A stretch of 64,000 bases of DNA, taken from assembly GCA_950097015.1 (NCBI GenBank), contig CATNEN010000035.1, positions 124,001 through 188,000 on the forward strand, written 5' to 3'. Below, in pieces: positions 21,189-32,474 of the stretch. Source of the DNA: Macrostomum hystrix. Lineage: Eukaryota; Animalia; Platyhelminthes. Made by a program: the position numbers and the translations under genes. Within the stretch, counting starts at the first letter, position 1; every line of letters starts with the position of its first letter. The notes under the pieces were generated by a model. That model ran no database searches. It was not told where the DNA came from and saw only the letters and a list, made by a program, of their open reading frames with translations.

Positions 21189-23154
21189 TGTGGCCACAGC
21201 TGGTGCCTTGAAAGAAGAAGGCAAGTCATGTCACTATCTATTAAATTACACAAATGAGCTACTATATATTGGAAAAATAGGTGACATACCTAACATGTAA
21301 TTAGGAATCTACCACAACCTAGTATATTGATGGGTAAATGAAAGCAATGAAGAATTGTGTCTAGCTCAGGGACATAAACTGTTTTCTTTCGACTAATAAT
21401 AGTAATTGAAATTTGTCTTTATTTGAAGTCAATTTATCTTTTAATAGAGATATAATCTGTTTCTTAAAAGGTATTTAATATACCATCATATACTATTTGA
21501 ATATTGAATAACTAAAATTAATAAAATTAAACATGGTGTAAACAATGCACAAATTTTGCAAATAAAACAGTAAAAACGATTTAGAATACTTTTTTAGTAC
21601 GACGGGTATGTGAAATTCATTATATTTAGCAAAAATATTTTATACAAAATATACATGAGAATTTACAATGAATAAATCAAGAAGACAATATGTAACAGAC
21701 TTTTGATATATAACTAACTCTAAACAATTCTCAATTAAAAATAAAAAGCAAATATAAAAACAATATGGTTCTAGCTGTATGAAAATGTGTTGTGAGCCAT
21801 TTATTTATACTAGATTTCAACCTTGAAAGCTTAGACTATAAATATTAGCAATAAATAGCAATAAAGCAATAATAGCAATTACCAAATAAATAACTGTTTA
21901 ACCAAAAAAATTGGTTTAGAAAAAAATGCAATGTTAAATACAAACCTTAAAGTTGCTTTTTAAATAATTATATTAGCTAAAGTAAAAAAATATAATAATT
22001 ATGAACATGATGCTAAAATTATTTAAATTCTGTAAGAAAAAGAAAAAGTTAATTAATTCCAATTATTTAGGTCATACAATTTGTTAGAAAAAAATCCAAT
22101 GAATTGCTATATAAAACAAAAAAATAAATCAAAAAGCTAATTGTTTTGCAAATTTTTCCTACCACTGGCAACACCATCATATAACTAGAAGTTTATAAAT
22201 TGTGTTAATATTATTAGATCAGGAGCATCTAAAGTTCACAAATTAACTAAACTAGTTTCAGTTCCGATATACACGCTTAATTTTTTAAGTTAAACTGAAT
22301 TGCTTTTTTAATCTCATTGTTGCTAGCTGTAATCAGGATGGCATTGCTAGCTGTAGCTGTAAAACAGTAAGCTACCTGAGCTCATATTAGTATCGAGTAG
22401 TTATCAAAAGTAGTCGGTTTACATTTTCGAATATATTAGAACTTATTTTTAACTAATTAAGAACAAAAGATAATTTTCAAAATAAACTGGAACACGGCAT
22501 TTCTTAATATGTAAAATGCGTGCGATATTGATATTGCACTGCCTAATTAAAAAGTGATATTTCGACTTTTGAAAATTGCATATTTCTATTTCCAAGTAAA
22601 GTAAAAGTTTAACAAATTTATCGAAAACGAAAATTTAGGTCTTTTTCGAAAAATAAGTTTAAACTCTCCCTGCAATCATTGTCACTAACATGGAAAATCT
22701 TAATACAACACATAGACTTTTCTTTCAGAACCGTATGTAGAAATATGAAACCGAATTTCGCTTTTGTTTTGCGAAGCTCTATAGTCTATACTTGTTATTA
22801 TTGCATTTTTTGCGAATTTAGACACTTCCCTTATAAAGCCAGTCAATGCCTCTGGTACAAAACGACAACGGCGGCTAAACGTTAAACTCCGTTCAAATTA
22901 TAACAGTGACCATGCGATGTTATCAATACAGGCTTAGCTTGGTATATATGCCCCCTACGCCTACAATTGTATATATAGGGCCTATGCAGTCAGTATTAAA
23001 AACATATTAATATAATTAATTGGCCTAGTGTGATATTGTAGACGTGAAGTTAAGCTTGATAAATATTAGCTATGAACTATTATATATATATATAGGTGAT
23101 AACTAATGCCCATGGCCCATGGTATTAATATTAATTTACAAAACATTTATAATA

Positions 23155-23754
23155 GACAGTGCTTATCCCCACGGTACCGTAGAAATAATTTTTGTCTTAT
23201 TCCTATGGTACCATGGGAATAATTTCCTGCTTATCCGCATGGCACACTGACGAGATAGCTGTCCTAGCTATCTTCAACATATTCCGTGGGAATAATTTCC
23301 TGCTTATCCACACGGCACACTGACGAGATAGCTGTCCTATCATCTATCTTTTTATCATGACTGCAATTTTCCTTTTTTTCTTCCAGTTTTTAAAAGCAAG
23401 TAAACAAATTAAAGTTTTCTGCTTTTTTCGCAAGTAGTTACCCAATACGGTGGCTTTTTTAAGTATATAAAATATATATTTCTATTATTTATATATTCAA
23501 AAGAATACAACTGAAGTGTGTATTTTTCTAATCTTATAGCTCAAGCCTTCTAAGTCTATAATCTAGTCTATTACTTTATTCTAGGCCAAGTTAAAATAGG
23601 TCCATAAAAATGTCTGATAGTGCCAACGGAATATGTTGAAGATAGGACAGCTATCTCGTCAGTGTGCCGTGTGGATAAGCAGGAAATTATTCCCACAGTA
23701 CCGTAGGAATAAGACAAAAATTATTTCCACGGTACCGTGGGGATAAGCACTGCC
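23155..23754. mobile_element. 600-bp non-autonomous DNA transposon (Mutator-like MITE)
   Basis: TIRs of about 125 bp begin G(A/G)CAGTGCTTATCCCCACGGTACCGT. A perfect 9-bp TSD TTTATAATA lies at 23146-23154 and 23755-23763. No coding capacity. Confidence 0.85.
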
Positions 23755-25189
23755 TTTATAATATTAGCCAGCTTTCAAGCCTGCTCCATCTTGATATAGC
23801 CTATTTGACATGATTTATAACCATGTGATATTAAAATGTAAACAATTTTTGTTGATACCAATCACATTTTGTGCATATTGACAAAAATATTTAATTGTTG
23901 TTATAACTTTTTTTTAACCTAATGTCACTTTACTGGCTGTTTTAAATTAGTTGTATATTGGTTAATGCTAGAGCTTAGAATTAGAATTTAAATTTTCTGA
24001 AATTTAGAACTTTTTTGCTCACATTTTGATTTCAGAAAGTTTTCAGAACTGAAAAATTCTTGGAATTTTTTTATTTTCTGATATTTTAAGTGGTCAAGCA
24101 GTTGTAGCAGTATCTGGTGAAATAATTGACCCATGCCTTTAGGTGAGGCAGAAATAGGATCACAAGACACATCTGAAAAAGCCGTCAGAACACACTTTAA
24201 AAGTTTCTTCAGTAGCAAATCATTGACAAAACTATTCATCCTATTCATCCTATTCAGCTCAGCGTCAGAGTCAGACATACACTCTGGTTCAAGAGTTCAT
24301 GTTTTTTTTATTTTCGCTTAAAATGAAAAATGTCTCAGAAAATGTCTGTCCGGGAACCCATAAATTTCAAAATCCTAAATTACATAAATGAATGCAATAT
24401 ATTTATTTAAATAAACATTTCTTTATTTGAGTGCATGCTCTCTGTAAGACACTCAAATTTAAATATGGAGAAATGTCTCAAATGTTAAGTAATTTGTAAT
24501 CACAGGACAGAGAATAACAAACAAGTTTTTAAATCAGGCATAATATCTTCAGCTTAGAATGTAACTTCAACTTCATGCAAGTTATAGTAACTAGTTAATG
24601 AAAATTTAGATTTCAGAACTTTCTGAAACTTTTTTGTTTCATAAAAGTGTGAAACATAGTTTCAATTTCACTTTTGATTTCCATAAAAAATCTGCTTTTA
24701 GACAATTCTGGTAAGGTAACTCGCTTTATAAGCAACAGGAAAAGAAATGAAATTGCCAACATAAGTTTAAAGTGCCGAAGCTTTTCGTCCTAAGCGGACA
24801 TCGTCAGGGTCGATTTATTGAAAACGAAAACACTGGTATTTAAAAGTAGGTTGTTGCACATTGTGAGTTAAAGTCCGATGGACAGGGTCGATTTATTGAG
24901 AAACGAAAACGTAGGTGTTTAAAAGGTTATTGTACATTGTGAGATAAAGTCCGATGGGCAGGTCAAAAGGCGAACCAGAGGTTGGAGAGGAGCGCACACA
25001 CAACTCAGAGAGAGAGCGTGCCTCATACGTCAGAACACTTGGAGCTGTTGGCTTGCACCGTTCCCCGCTAATTGGACATTAAGGTTTGGCTTGAGGGCCT
25101 TGATGTACATGGCTTCAAGAATGGTCAGTTTGTAATCTCGCCTACACGTGTCAACAACTTTGAACAGTTCAAGTGGCTCCTTATTATAA

Positions 25190-25780
25190 GTAATAAATGT
25201 AATCCTTAATTACCACATAAATTACCACATCAACAAGTTCATGAACAACAAATTCACTAATCGTCGCATGCAGAGGGACAGGGATAGAGATAAGGACCTG
25301 AACACTCCCATGATTATCCTGCCATTTATTGGAATCCCTTCGATGATGTTCAAGAAACAACTTGAAAAGATTTTCCGTAAATGGTTTGACTCTGATATCA
25401 AGGTCATCTTTCGCACCGACAAGATTTCCCGTTTTGTTAGCAGATTCAAATCCCGTGTTCCAAGGCCGCTTGTTGCAGGTGTCGTGTACCAATTCAATTG
25501 TTCTGTGGATCAGAGCACCACTTACGTGGGAAAGACTAAACGACATTTGTACACGAGGGCTAAGGAGCATTGGGTAAAAAACTCTGCTATCCGGGACCAT
25601 TTGCTAGGTTGCGATAGTTGTTGTAATAAGGAGCCACTTGAACTGTTCAAAGTTGTTGACACGTGTAGGCGAGATTACAAACTGACCATTCTTGAAGCCA
25701 TGTACATCAAGGCCCTCAAGCCAAACCTTAATGTCCAATTAGCGGGGAACGGTGCAAGCCAACAGCTCCAAGTGTTCTGA
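25190..25780 (+). pseudogene. C-terminal remnant of the Penelope-like polyprotein: linker plus GIY-YIG endonuclease (RT domain missing)
   Basis: LPFIG, GVVYQFNC..TYVGKTKRHLYTRAKEH..SAIRDH..C..ILEAMYIKALKPNLNVQ is typical of PLE endonucleases. The frame is open from 25190 to the stop at 25780. Confidence 0.9.
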
Positions 25781-26000
25781 CGTATGAGGCACGCTCTCTC
25801 TCTGAGTTGTGTGTGCGCTCCTCTCCAACCTCTGGTTCGCCTTTTGACCTGCCCATCGGACTTTATCTCACAATGTACAATAACCTTTTAAACACCTACG
25901 TTTTCGTTTCTCAATAAATCGACCCTGTCCATCGGACTTTAACTCACAATGTGCAACAACCTACTTTTAAATACCAGTGTTTTCGTTTTCAATAAATCGA

Positions 26001-26036
26001 CCCTGACGATGTCCGCTTAGGACGAAAAGCTTCGGC
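26001..26036 (+). ncRNA. Candidate minimal hammerhead ribozyme in the PLE terminal repeat (mirror copy 24774-24809 on - strand)
   Basis: CTGACGA-T-GTCC(GCTTA)GGAC-GAAA-AGCT-TC gives the full core, a 4-bp stem II and a palindromic AAGCTT in place of stem III. Stem I has only 2 bp adjacent to the core. Confidence 0.6.
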
Positions 26037-26377
26037 ACTTTAAACTTATGTTGGCAATTTCATTTCTTTTCCTGTTGCTTTTAGACAAATTATTGTGCAA
26101 ATTCAAAGTAAAAGAATCTTTGGGTCTCTTAGTCTGCTCATTGACAAAATGACCAACTATAGTTAATCAGTTGCTGCAACCCTAGTTGACAGTTGATATT
26201 TTAGAGAATAAAATGTTTCTTTATATTAACCATTTCAGATTGGATCAAGTTAATGGTTTATAGATCTAAATACCATATAACTAACTCTGTGGTAGCTGAG
26301 CAGCTAAACAGCTTGCTTTAATTGAAGAGATAATATCATATATTTAAGCAGGCATGAATGTAAAGCGATTCTCTCAG

Positions 26378-29300
26378 CCTGAGCCATCTGGAGCAGCAAC
26401 CTGCAGCAGCATCACAGCTTCAACAACTGAGGCTAGCAGCCGCTGATTCTGAACTCTCCGAGGCTCGCTTGACTGAATGGTGTCTAGGACAACCAGAGAA
26501 TGCGCCTAAGCAGCGGTCGAATCAGGTTCGACTGTTTCTCAGCTCGACATTCTCAGGTTTGTTATTAGTGCTTTCATGCTGCCTTGTCATGTCAAGTATA
26601 ATAATTTTGGATCTATAAGCTTGCCTGAAGTGACCTCCTTTGAAATATTAAATTCCAAGGGCCTAGGTTTTCTCAGAGTTTTAGAATCCAGTTGCCTTCA
26701 TCCTTGTAATTGTGGATTCCAGTAGCTTCCCTGTTGGAATTGTGGATTCCAGTAGCTATCCTGTTGGAATTGTGGATTCCAGTAGCTTCCCTGTTGGAAT
26801 TGTGGATTCCAGTAGCTATCCTGTTGGAATTGTGGATTCCAGTAGCTTCCTTGTTGGAATTGTGGATTCCAGTAGCTATCCTGTTGGAATTGTGGATTCC
26901 AGTAGCTATCCTGTTGGAATTGTGGATTCCAGTAGCTATCCTGTTGGAATTGTGGATTCCAGTAGCTATCCTGTTGGAATTGTGGATTCCAGTAGCTATC
27001 CTGTTGGAATTGTGGATTCCAGTAGCTATCCTGTTGGAATTGTGGATTCCAGTAGCTATCCTGTTGGAATTGTGGATTCCAGTAGCTTTCCTGTTGGAAT
27101 TGTGGATTCCAGTAGCTTCCTTGTTGGAATTGTGGATTCCAGTAGCTTCCCTGTTGGAATTGTGGATTCCAGTAGCTTCCCTGTTGGAATTGTGGATTCC
27201 AGTAGCTATCCTGTTGGAATTGTGGATTCCAGTAGCTTCCTTGTTGGAATTGTGGATTCCAGTAGCTATCCTGTTGGAATTGTGGATTCCAGTAGCTATC
27301 CTGTTGGAATTGTGGATTCCAGTAGCTATCCTGTTGGAATTGTGGATTCCAGTAGCTATCCTGTTGGAATTGTGGATTCCAGTAGCTATCCTGTTGGAAT
27401 TGTGGATTCCAGTAGCTATCCTGTTGGAATTGTGGATTCCAGTAGCTATCCTGTTGGAATTGTGGATTCCAGTAGCTATCCTGTTGGAATTGTGGATTCC
27501 AGTAGCTATCCTGTTGGAATTGTGGATTCCAGTAGCTTCCTTGTTGGAATTGTGGATTCCAGTAGCTTCCCTGATGGAATTGTGGAACTGCGGAATTGTG
27601 GACTACATTGGCTTCCTTCGTTATAATTGGGATCTGAGCTAGAAAATGGATACTTGCAAAGAAACATTCACTAACTCCTTGATCACTACTCACAGACTTT
27701 CGTGCCGAGCGCAACTACCTCACTGAGCACGCATTCGCTGAGCTGAAAGCCCACTGCGCCACTCTGGGCTTGGAGTTTCGCGTCTGCGACATGCGCTGGG
27801 GCGTGACAGACGCGGCTAAAAGCGATCACGTTGTTGAATCGCTCTGTCTTAGTGAAATTGTGCGCTGTGAGCGTCGCTCGGTTGGTCCGTTCTTTGTTGC
27901 GTTACTAGGCAACCGGTATGGCTACCAGCCTGTGCCGCCAAGTATTGAAAAAGAAGAATTCGAATTGCTGCTTGAGTTTGCTAGAAAATTTGCTGCCAAA
28001 CATGCCGCAATCATGGCCGACTGGTATCGCCTGGATGAGAACGCCCAGCCGCCTGTTTATCAGCTGCGACCAATCAGGACTCGCCTGCCAGCCTATGCTG
28101 ATTATAGCGACGAAGCGGCTAGGCGCAAAGCTGGCTCCGATTGGTGGGAAGTTGAAGAGGCTTTGCGCAATTGTTTGCGACGAGCTGCCACTAAGGTAAC
28201 TAATACTCACAATGACTTGTATTATCACCTGTCATGCCCTTAACACTTGAGAGCGGTTACCTAAAGATACTTTCCACCAATTCCGTGTTTTCTCTCGGAC
28301 AAGGAACAAGAACCACGAACAATGGCGAGTGAGCAGTCGGCTGACCATATCTTGTGAATGAACAATGAGTGTGAATGGCCTTGATATTTTTATCGTTCCG
28401 ATATTCCGCCAAGAGAGCTTCAAGCTCATAGTCGTATTGGTGGCCTTGCTTCTAGGCGAACGAACGACGAAAGAATGGGACTCTCTGAGGAGAGCATCTC
28501 GGCCTGAAGAAACGGTTGATGAAGCACGCTTCTTATACGGGCATAAAGGACTGTATTCAAAATTCCTGCTCTTCGTCCTTTCATGATTGCCTTTTAGCTT
28601 GAGCAAAAGCTGCCTGGCGTCGAGCTTGGTGGCTGCCGTCACATCGGGTTCAGCAGGGTTCGCTTAAATGGTGATGAATCGTTGCTCCTTTATGCATGTA
28701 GATTACACTCCGGAGCTCTTGTAATAGCTTCCAATAGCATTAAAGCCATGTTGCTGTCGAGCTCAATGTTATTTTGACTATGGGAGAAGCGGTAATTTCT
28801 GGTTCAGGTGTGCAGAGTTCTTCAGCCGGCCTCGGGAAGCAGTTTTTGTACCTGTGACTGTTTGTGTGTATAATTATTTAGAGATGTAGTAGCGCGCTCA
28901 GGAACTTGAAATTCGAAACACCTTCAGGCTGTTGAGGCTGGTCGGCTGTCGGAGCAGTCACTGGCTCGCTACCTGCGCAGCGTCACCGAATCTGAAGTAT
29001 TAGCGGCTAAGGAAGCCGCAGATGGCCGACCAGACAACCAGCTGGTGTACATTCGCGAGCTCACGGATCTGTGTTTACATCACGAATCAGCTGATAAGTA
29101 CACTGGTAGGTGTAACACTTCTATAGAATATTTCATAATTATCGCTGACGTCACCGGAGTTGCGTAACCACTTCCCAAAATGCAGACCTGATCCTTCAAG
29201 GCGACACCCTGCTTTTAAACACTGAATCCGCCGGCCTATTAAAATCGCTCAAACAGTCTATTAAGTCAAGCAGTATGCGTTGGCGAGAATTTCACGTGCC

Positions 29301-32300
29301 CTGGGATAGGCGAGGAGTCGTAGCCGTAGGCATCGAACAGCATCAGCGCTATTTGGCTAACCTGTCTCGCAGTCTAGTCTCGGACGTCTGTCGAATGATC
29401 GAACAGGCCATCGCTGTTAGCGGTGTCATCAACCTTGAGCAGCAGCAGTTGGCTCCAATGCTTTCCCTGCAAGACGAATTAGGTCATCACGCCGCTTTCT
29501 GTCTCGATCGGCTGCGTCTGTTCTGCGGCCGCGAAGCCGAACTTAAGGAAGTTCGCGACTGTTGGTTGAACGGTGGAGTCGGCGGACAGACTGTGGTCGT
29601 CTGGGCGCCGAGCGGACACGGCAAGACTGCACTAGTGAGTCTATTAATCGGTGTAGTCCATTGACGTTATAACCGAATCCATATCTGAGCTATTTCAAAT
29701 CTTCAGTTTTCAGAATCCCATTTCCTGCTTCCCTATTTTTACCTGAGATCCTCTAATTTGGATTCTCTTTGTGCGATTTCTTATGCTAGATCCTCTAGTT
29801 GGGATTCCCAATTTTATCCATAACCCTCTAGTTTGGATCCTACTTTGCCTCGGACACTCAAGCTGGGTTTCAATTTTTTAAACTTGATCCTTTCGTTGGG
29901 ATTCCACCATGTCTCTTGTCCACTATTTGAAATTCAAGGGGTCGCTGGCAGAGTGGTTAACGCGTTTGCCTCTCGCACCACGGTCCCTAAGTTCGATTCC
30001 ACGGCGAGGCCACATTTATTTGGGGCGCAGCCGCAGAGAGAAGGCTTGGGGGCTTGTCGTGCAATTTACGCCCTTGAGGGCCAACCTCCAAGGCAAAGTG
30101 AAGTGTACACTGCCTGACGATGAGAAAGTCAGGGCAGATGTACACACCTGTGTGAGTTTATGCCAGCGTAAAGTATCTGTGAGCGTGTGTGCTCAGGAGT
30201 CAGCGGAATGGGCAGAATTGCCTCGCTGGCTGCGGGTCTAGTGTCACCAAATGATGTGCCATTGCCCGCAGCCCTCCTGCAATTATTATTATTTGAAATT
30301 CAACTATCCATTAGATTCACACCGATCCTCATGCTCTCACAGATCTGACATCCTTACATTTATCCCTACATTCGCATCCCATTGTGCAGGTATCCAGGGT
30401 AGCCCAACTAGCTCCCAGTTGGTTTGGTCGCGACTGTGTTGCAGCCCTGCGCTATGTTGGCACCTCCCCGGCTAGCACCGATAGCTTTGGCGTTCTGTCC
30501 AGCCTGTGCCGCCAAATCTGTCTGGCCTATCGCCTGCGTTGGCGCGAAGATAAAGCGCCTAGAACTGCCGGCGCCGCTAAAGAGATGCTGCACCGGCTCA
30601 TTCTGACTGTTGCTAGGGACAGTGAGTTATAGATTCTTGTTTAGAATATTTTTAGAATGTAGATCTGTCTGTTTGCCTGTGAGTGACTAACTCGAATCCA
30701 AAAATAATTTTTCATTCGACTAAAATTCGAACCCCCAACCTCTGGGTCAGTAGTTTAAAGCTCTAGCTAATAATACAAACAATCTATGCTATTGGTGTCT
30801 ACTATTTAGTAGCTAGTAGCGTACATGATCTTCTCCTGTCCCTCTCTCTCTCTCAGATTTAAATTTAAGATAAGGAAAATGCCAAGGCATTGCAGGCTCA
30901 TGACGCATCGCATTTCATTACCCAGTAGCTCTATTTCTCTTTTAAACATGTCGGGTCATCAACTAGTTGGCCTGGTGTTGCTTTCATTATCGGCACTGAT
31001 ACATGCACTCTCTATTCTAATTACTAGGGGTCGAAGGCTGATAAAGTTGCACTAAAATTATCTTAACTAATGCGTGACTCATGTATGCCGTGTTAGTCTA
31101 CAGACGTATGTCATTGTGTCATATTCACCTGAACAGGGGACTAATGGCTGCTGCTTGAGGGCCACATGTGTGTGTATGCAGGTGTTTGTACACTTGTGTG
31201 TGCAGGTGTTTGTACATTTGGGTGTGCAGGTGTTTGTACACTTGTGTGTGCAGGTGTTTGTACATTTGGGTGTGCAGGTGTTTGTACATTTGGGTGTGCA
31301 GGTGTTTGTACACTTGTGTGTGCAGGTGTTTGTACATTTGGGTGTGCAGGTGTTTGTACACTTGTGTGTGCAGGTGTTTGTACACTTGTGTGTGCAGGTG
31401 TTTGTACACTTGTGTGTGTAGGTGTTTGTACATTTCTGTGTGCAGGTGTTTGTACACTTGTGTGTGCAGGTGTTTGTACACTTGTGTGTGCAGGTGTTTG
31501 TACACTTGTGTGTGCAGGTGTTTGTACACTTGTGTGTGCAGGTGTTTGTACACTTGTGTGTGCAGGTGTTTGTACACTTGTGTGTGCAGGTGTTTGTACA
31601 CTTGTGTGTGCAGGTGTTTGTACACTTGTGTGTGCAGGTGTTTGTACACTTGTGTGTGCAGGTGTTTGTACACTTGTGTGTGCAGGTGTTTGTACACTTG
31701 TGTGTGTAGGTGTTTGTACATTTCTGTGTGCAGGTGTTTGTACACTTGTGTGTGCAGGTGTTTGTACACTTGTGTGTGCAGGTGTTTGTACACTTGTGTG
31801 TGCAGGTGTTTGTACACTTGTGTGTGCAGGTGTTTGTACATTTGGGTGTGCAGGTGTTTGTACATTTGGGTGTGTAGGTGTTTGTACATCAGTGTTTTTG
31901 CAAACGCATGTTAATTGCGCTTTCTAGTGTGTGGTGGTGTCCAAGCTGAAGGTACTGCCGGCATCTGGTCGTCGATGGCAGTATTAGGTTTAACTATCCT
32001 TTTGAATAAAATCGTTTGCAGCGAGTCGTCCGCCTCTGCTGCTGCTGCTGGACAGTCTGGACCAGGCCCGCGACCCGCTGGCTGCCTGCAGCTGGCTGCC
32101 GACACGCCTGCCTGCCAACGCCAGGGCCCTGATCTCCGTGCTGCCCGGCCGGCTGCTGGACCGGCTGCGCTCCGCCGGCCATCGTCAGCAGGCGAATACC
32201 GACTGCTTCGTCCAGCTGGCTCCCATGGATGATAGTCTGGCTGGCGCCATTGCCCAGGCGCATCTGGCTGCCCGGGCCCGGCGCGTCACTGAGGGCCAGA

Positions 32301-32441
32301 TGGCGGCGCTGCTGGCCGACGGGCGGGAGAGCGCTCTGGCTCTGCGGCTCAGCCTGGACAGGGCCTGCCGCTGGGCCTCCTACGACCAGGTTGGCGCTGC
32401 TGGCGGAATCGGTGAGCATTAACTGTCTGCATGTCTGTCTG

Positions 32442-32474
<33 letters not shown>

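Larger units (their letters stand above)
24706..26080 (+). mobile_element. 5'-truncated Penelope-like retroelement with inverted 3' segment
   Basis: 24730-25186 is the reverse complement of 25624-26080 (457 bp). The body encodes a GIY-YIG endonuclease. The direct repeat TGCTTTTAGACAA flanks it (24693-24705, 26076-26088). Confidence 0.9.

Noticed and set aside
21189-21224. Track start of GRHPR at 21224
   Set aside because: It is a TTG within a pyrimidine tract/acceptor-like region. Homology begins at the ATG at 21188.
23247-23275. CTGACGA-GATAG-CTGTC-CTA hairpin in the MITE resembling a hammerhead
   Set aside because: No GAAA follows the hairpin (TTCAA or ATC instead), so the core is incomplete.
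23988-24278. 96-aa minus-strand ORF containing MNSFVND, as in histone H2B
   Set aside because: The match is limited to 7 residues, with no histone-fold similarity on either side and AT-rich codons. It is treated as chance.
28232-28642. 136-aa minus-strand ORF in NWD-like intron 2, with TTAA-CAC near its end (piggyBac-like?)
   Set aside because: No recognisable domain, no matching opposite terminus or TSD, and no ATG start. It remains unexplained intronic sequence.
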